The notes beneath the pieces are model-generated. The model did no database searches. It saw only the letters and a list, made by a program, of their open reading frames with translations, and had not been told where the DNA came from. A DNA stretch of 64,000 nt from Bacteriovoracaceae bacterium (lineage in GTDB: Bacteria > Bdellovibrionota > Bacteriovoracia > Bacteriovoracales > Bacteriovoracaceae): NCBI GenBank assembly GCA_048270185.1, contig JBLWTJ010000001.1:160001-224000 (forward strand), in the 5' to 3' direction. Shown piece by piece: positions 59,462 to 64,000 of this stretch (positions within the stretch are counted from its first letter, which is position 1; each line of letters opens with the position of its first letter). The translations under genes and the position numbers were made by a program.

Positions 59462-59699
59462 ATCAGTCCTCCCTGAAAAAGTATATTGTTGATTTGTTTT
59501 CACTTTTATATTTCCCTTTGTCGGTTTTATGATTTTTCTATTTTGAACACGATATGTCTAAAGCTTTTTTACTCAAACACATAGATGTAAGTTTTTGTTG
59601 GTTTCTGGATGCTGTGTTGTATTAAATAGCTGATATAATGTTTGTGTTAAATTTTTGTTAATTACTTATAACTAATTAAAATTATGGTAGTATTTGGTC

Positions 59700-60182
59700 A
59701 TGAGTAAGAAATTTCTATTACTATTCCTTTGTTCAATAAATCTTGTTTTCGCTCAGGTTGATGACCCGATTATGAAGCAATTTCAGCAAATGCGTGATGA
59801 AATGATGAAGCAAATGCAGGCAACTGATAGCTTTGATGCTGAAATTCAGAAAATGTTTCAACGCATGCAAAAGATGGGACAGATACAAGGGCTACCTGAT
59901 CGCTTCAATAAGACTGTATCAATGGTAGATTATTATTGGAAAGACTCTCAGACTCTAGTTCTGAAAGTTTCCAAAGATGATGAAATCAACGTTGAAGTAA
60001 AGGATGGAATGGTCGTTCTATCTGGGAGTAGGGTATCAAAAAGTCAAAATTCTTTTTCTAAATCCAGCTTTTCTCAATCAATTGAATTACGTCCAGCTCT
60101 TGATTCAACAAAAGTAGATATGTCGATGAAAGATGGGAATATTGTTTTGTCTTTCAAGTTAAAGTCAAATCGACAAATCTAA
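59700..60182 (+). CDS. Hsp20/alpha-crystallin-like protein with signal peptide
   Basis: INVEVKDGMVVLSG, FSQSIEL, MKDGNIVLSF; N-terminal MSKKFLLLFLCSINLVFA. Confidence 0.7.
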   Translation: MSKKFLLLFLCSINLVFAQVDDPIMKQFQQMRDEMMKQMQATDSFDAEIQKMFQRMQKMGQIQGLPDRFNKTVSMVDYYWKDSQTLVLKVSKDDEINVEVKDGMVVLSGSRVSKSQNSFSKSSFSQSIELRPALDSTKVDMSMKDGNIVLSFKLKSNRQI

Positions 60183-60601
60183 GCTGCTATTATTTCACCG
60201 TTTAAGTTCTCCAATATCGAGTATAACTTCTTATTGAAGTCATTTGCATTAAAGGGCTTTCTTAAAACTTCTTCGACATTCATCTTTGAAGCATCGTGTA
60301 TTTTACTTTCATCCAGCTCTCCTGAAATAAGCATTATGTGAGGGTAGTTACGGCCATGCATATCTAGGTGGTAGAGCCTTTCAATATATTTTAATACTTC
60401 TTGTCCATTCATTTCAGGTAGATTTAAGTCGATGACAATTAGATCGAAGTTATCTTCCTCAATCATTTGACAGGCATCAATCCCATTTGTTGCTGTTACA
60501 ACATTTGAAAAGTAGCCGCTGCTTGAGATCAGAGATTTTAGTGATTCAGAAATTCTTTTTTTATCATCCACGATAAGTGCCTTCATATTTGATCCTTGCA
60601 T
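60179..60601 (-). CDS. Single-domain response regulator (receiver)
   Basis: ALIVDD, IDLNLPEMNG, ISG, KPF. Confidence 0.9.
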   Translation of the reverse strand: MQGSNMKALIVDDKKRISESLKSLISSSGYFSNVVTATNGIDACQMIEEDNFDLIVIDLNLPEMNGQEVLKYIERLYHLDMHGRNYPHIMLISGELDESKIHDASKMNVEEVLRKPFNANDFNKKLYSILENLNGEIIAA

Positions 60602-60736
60602 GAATTGGGTTTAACTACACACATATCTTAATTCCAAGGGATGGCCCTTATTACTTAAGAAAGAATAATATTTGTTTAAATAAGGTAACCTATTGTTTTT
60701 ACAGTGCTTAGAAGATGTAAAATTTGAGCCTTAAAC

Positions 60737-60764
60737 TAAAGTATGGGCAAGAATTGTCCGATAA
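60737..60764 (+). promoter_or_regulatory. Putative sigma28 (FliA) promoter
   Basis: TAAA-N16-TCCGATAA ending 7 nt before ATG 60772. Confidence 0.55.
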
Positions 60765-60771
60765 ATAAATT

Positions 60772-61218
60772 ATGAAAAGCTTCGCTATCACAATATTGAC
60801 GTTTATTTTAAGCCTAAGTGTTTTTGCGATTGACGAAAATTACTTTGCTAAAGAAAAATTCGACGTGCCAAAGCGTGATATTTCAGTAATTGCAACGGGA
60901 AGTGGTTTCTTTCCGTCGACAATCACGGCCTTTGTTGGTGAGAAATTACACCTATATGTAACGGCGGCCAGTGAAAGACCAAGTTGTCTTATTTTAAAAG
61001 AACATGAAGTTTATGTTGAGGCGAAGAAAGGTGAAGTTAAAGAAGCTTCATTATTTCTTGATACTCCTGGAAGATTCCAGTTCTACTGCCCATCAGGTGA
61101 AATTAGTGGAACTTTAACAGTTATTGATCATCCACGTGAGCAGGCCAAGAAACAAAAAAGAGAAATTGCTTCTCGCTTAGAGAGGCGAGTAAGGGTTTGG
61201 CGTCCAAGGGACGAGTAG
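60772..61218 (+). CDS. Secreted cupredoxin-like domain protein
   Basis: Signal peptide, GFFPSTITAFVGE, PGRFQFYCP...GTLTV. Confidence 0.75.
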   Translation: MKSFAITILTFILSLSVFAIDENYFAKEKFDVPKRDISVIATGSGFFPSTITAFVGEKLHLYVTAASERPSCLILKEHEVYVEAKKGEVKEASLFLDTPGRFQFYCPSGEISGTLTVIDHPREQAKKQKREIASRLERRVRVWRPRDE

Positions 61219-61260
61219 TATTTAGCGGTCGCCATTCTTATAATTGATGTGTGAGGGATT

Positions 61261-62397
61261 ATGTCTTCAGTATTTACGGATGCTATTAAAAGTTTATTAT
61301 CGCCAATTGGTGATCTTCTTGATGATGAGGGTGTTTCAGAGGTTATGATTAATGGACCTCATGAAATCTTTGTTGAAAAGAAAGGACTTGTGTATAAAGT
61401 TCCAAATCAATTTGAAGATGAAAGCTCACTAATCTCAGCTATGCGTGCGATTGCACAGTCAGTTAATCGAACTATTGATGAAGACAATCCAAGGCTAGAT
61501 GCTCGTCTACCTGATGGCTCTCGTATTCACGTTGTTCTTCCTCCAATGGCAAAGAATGGAACGACTGTGGCCATTCGTAAATTTTCGAAAGAGAGTCTAA
61601 CACTAAAAGACTTAATTGATTTCGGCTCTGTTTCTGATCTTGGTGCAAGATTCTTAGATATATGTGTTTACCTTGGTAAGAATATTTTGGTGTCTGGTGG
61701 AACTGGTTCTGGTAAGACGACAATGTTAAATGTTTTAGGTGGACGAATTCCAAAGACGCAAAGACTTATAATTATCGAAGATGCGGCCGAGCTCCAAGTT
61801 GATGCTGAACACGTTGTAAATTTTGAAACTCGTAAAGCAGACGAGCTTAAGGGTGTTGATGAAGTTACAATTCGTGACCTCGTAATTTCTGCCATGAGAC
61901 TTCGTCCCGATCGTATTATCGTCGGTGAGGTTCGTGGTGATGAAGCACTAGATCTTGTTCAAGTTATGAACACGGGGCATGATGGCTCAATGGGAACAGT
62001 TCACGCCAATAATCCAGTGGATGCATGTACTCGTCTTGAAACTCTATGTTTAATGGGGGATACAAAAATTCCACCTGATGCAGTTAGAAAGATGGTTGGA
62101 AGTGCTCTTCAGGTTGTTGTTCAATGTAGCCGTTATCATGATGGTGGACGCCGAACTTCACATATTTCTGAAGTGCTTGGAGTCGATGTAAACGGTAATT
62201 ATATTACTCGTGACATCTTTCGTTGGGTGCAAACTGGAAAGGATCCTGAAACAGGTAAGTATATCGGTGAAATGGTTCCTTGTAATTATGTACCAAGCTT
62301 CTTTGAGGATATCGTTGTCCACAAGCTGCCATTTCCTAAGCAGAGTTTCTTGGCACCTGATTGGGCCAAGCCATTAGTAAAGAAGAAAGCAGCTTAA
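61261..62397 (+). CDS. tadA: TadA/CpaF-family pilus assembly ATPase
   Basis: EVMING, DARLPDGSR, IRKF, GGTGSGKTT, IEDAAEL, MRLRPDRIIVGEVRG, MNTGHDGSMGTVHAN. Confidence 0.9.
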   Translation: MSSVFTDAIKSLLSPIGDLLDDEGVSEVMINGPHEIFVEKKGLVYKVPNQFEDESSLISAMRAIAQSVNRTIDEDNPRLDARLPDGSRIHVVLPPMAKNGTTVAIRKFSKESLTLKDLIDFGSVSDLGARFLDICVYLGKNILVSGGTGSGKTTMLNVLGGRIPKTQRLIIIEDAAELQVDAEHVVNFETRKADELKGVDEVTIRDLVISAMRLRPDRIIVGEVRGDEALDLVQVMNTGHDGSMGTVHANNPVDACTRLETLCLMGDTKIPPDAVRKMVGSALQVVVQCSRYHDGGRRTSHISEVLGVDVNGNYITRDIFRWVQTGKDPETGKYIGEMVPCNYVPSFFEDIVVHKLPFPKQSFLAPDWAKPLVKKKAA

Positions 62398-62407
62398 ATC
62401 TTGTTTA

Positions 62408-62656
62408 TTAGATATCGACTTCGATACCATCTTCATAGATTTCAACGATAAAGCGATCTTGATCAAGCTCTTTGGTTTTTTCAATGATTTCTTTAATATC
62501 GTCGATTTCAAGCTCTGGTTCGAGCTCCATATCTGCACTAAAGACCTTCGTGATTGCAATACACATCTTAAAATCACTTAAGTCACTGAATTCACTTATA
62601 GGGAATGTTACTTTGTAACCCCCCGAAAACTTGTCTATATCAACATCTATCTTCAT
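62408..62656 (-). CDS. Small acidic hypothetical protein
   Basis: 82-aa ORF filling the gap between genes. Confidence 0.6.
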   Translation of the reverse strand: MKIDVDIDKFSGGYKVTFPISEFSDLSDFKMCIAITKVFSADMELEPELEIDDIKEIIEKTKELDQDRFIVEIYEDGIEVDI

Positions 62657-62847
62657 ATAATTAATTGTAATTACAAAGGTGAAAAAAGCAATATTATTTT
62701 TATTTCGCAGATTCCTGTTGTTCGATCAATATTGTCCAAAGATTAGTGCATACAAAATGAACATGCCCTTGAATATTTTCACTTCACAACAAAATAACTC
62801 GCAGAATTGATAAGATGATCTCGTTGATTAATTAAGAGGGATATTGA

Positions 62848-63723
62848 ATGAAATTAAGTTCTGTTTTTAAAAGTATTTTAACACTTGTCGTAGTTGTTTC
62901 TAGTACACATGCTATTGGTTCTCAAGTGATTCAAGATGATATTAAAGCGATATCATTTGATTTAAAATCAGAGCAGATTTTTACAATGAAAAATTATGCA
63001 AAGGGTGAATATAAGGAATTAGCGTTCACTCGTATTGAAAGACCAAATTTATCTGTAAGCTTGCAAAGATCGGACAAGAAAGCAGCTGAAGTATATCAGG
63101 TTGATATTGATGAGTCCGCACTAACTCTTAAGAAAGAATTATTAAATATCGAACTTAAAAAGAATTCAATTGCAAATATCGGTATTGAAAAAAATCAAAT
63201 TTTAGCAAAATTACAATCTAATAAAGTTATGCTTTCTAAAGTTGACACGGCAAAAATTCTTAAAAAGGCCATGGTTTCTAATTTAAATCAAATTGTTTCT
63301 AAGATTGGCTTCAAAGATCAAACGACTCTTAAGTATGAAATCAAGAGCGCAAGTTTAAGATGCCCAGAGCTATCGGGAAGAATTTTAAACTGTCGTGCAA
63401 AATATGAAATATCAGCAACGATTAAAAATGTTAAAAAGAAAGTAAGCTCTAATCTAATAGAGATTCTTGAAAATTCAAAGGGTAACTTCAATACTCTTGG
63501 TTCTGAAATTGAGATTAATACTTATATCTCAGAGCTTCGTTCAATTAATAAAAAGCTCAACACTCTTGCGGAAAGTGATAGTGCAAAAGCTAATCTAAAA
63601 CAAATCTACGGTATTAAGAAAGATGTTCAATCTGAGATTCTAGACTCATACCAATACACAGCTGTAGCAGGGTCAAGTGCTGTTAAATTTATCGATGGAC
63701 TTCGCCAGAAAGTTTTAAACTAA
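62848..63723 (+). CDS. Secreted hypothetical protein
   Basis: GAGGG RBS, signal peptide ending THA. Confidence 0.7.
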   Translation: MKLSSVFKSILTLVVVVSSTHAIGSQVIQDDIKAISFDLKSEQIFTMKNYAKGEYKELAFTRIERPNLSVSLQRSDKKAAEVYQVDIDESALTLKKELLNIELKKNSIANIGIEKNQILAKLQSNKVMLSKVDTAKILKKAMVSNLNQIVSKIGFKDQTTLKYEIKSASLRCPELSGRILNCRAKYEISATIKNVKKKVSSNLIEILENSKGNFNTLGSEIEINTYISELRSINKKLNTLAESDSAKANLKQIYGIKKDVQSEILDSYQYTAVAGSSAVKFIDGLRQKVLN

Positions 63724-63998
63724 TAGGTAATTTCTTTAAATTTAATAAAGAGGTTAATGACTTCATTTAAAACTTCATTATGAAGACTTGTGAACTTAGC
63801 TTCATAAGCTTTTGCCCCTTCGAATGTCGCACGATTTTCTTTATTTTTAACAATCAGTTCAAGTGCATCATTTGTGAAAGTGAGCTTGATATCTAAGTTG
63901 TAAATAATAACCCTTAAAATGGGATTATCTTCCCATTGGCCATAGAAGATTTTGTAACTAAGGATAGTATTTTCATGATCGATCTTTGATAGTGATTT
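63720..63998 (-). CDS. Partial hypothetical protein (5' end beyond window)
   Basis: Minus frame open from 63998 (KSLSKIDHEN...) to TAG at 63722-63720; absent from the ORF track. Confidence 0.6.
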   Translation of the reverse strand, partial: KSLSKIDHENTILSYKIFYGQWEDNPILRVIIYNLDIKLTFTNDALELIVKNKENRATFEGAKAYEAKFTSLHNEVLNEVINLFIKFKEITY

Positions 63999-64000
63999 CT

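Noticed and set aside
59518..59544. Sigma28 promoter upstream of the M48-like gene (minus strand ACCGACAA)
   Set aside because: No acceptable -35 TAAA at 15-16 nt spacing.
376..62577. Numerous short (60-151 aa) ORFs nested in or antisense to long genes, e.g. 21461..21916, 11647..11979, 56035..56403
   Set aside because: Shadow ORFs of well-supported genes, with no motifs or convincing RBS.
1..64000. CRISPR arrays, tRNA/rRNA, IS elements, prophage
   Set aside because: Intergenic gaps are short; no spaced repeats, cloverleaf-like segments, transposase, integrase or phage genes were recognised by eye.

Overview
AT-rich (roughly 35% GC by eye), gene-dense chromosomal segment. It most likely comes from a predatory Bdellovibrionota bacterium (Halobacteriovorax/Bacteriovorax-like); this is inferred from the TIGR02147-type gene, the many Cys-rich secreted orphans and proteases, and the sigma28-type promoters. 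Recognisable content: system II cytochrome c maturation genes, uppP, a complete oleABCD olefin/beta-lactone cluster extended by a GbsR/MarR regulator, FabF, ACP and a CrtI-like oxidoreductase, gsk, a pyrB-(fused carA-carB)-pyrF operon, gmhB-like, lplA, panD, serB, pgsA, glpX, yggS, a 2OG-Fe(II) oxygenase, an isolated tadA/cpaF and several secreted hydrolases (M4/M36-like, S8, M48-like, permuted NlpC/P60). Most notable signals: (1) strong over-representation of GGCC, together with a methyltransferase-less HaeIII-like PD-(D/E)XK nuclease gene in a housekeeping operon; (2) the extended ole cluster; (3) a sigma28-type operon with a metalloprotease and a possible stand-alone PepSY propeptide/inhibitor. 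No rRNA, tRNA, CRISPR array or mobile element was recognised. All family calls are from motif recognition, not database searches.
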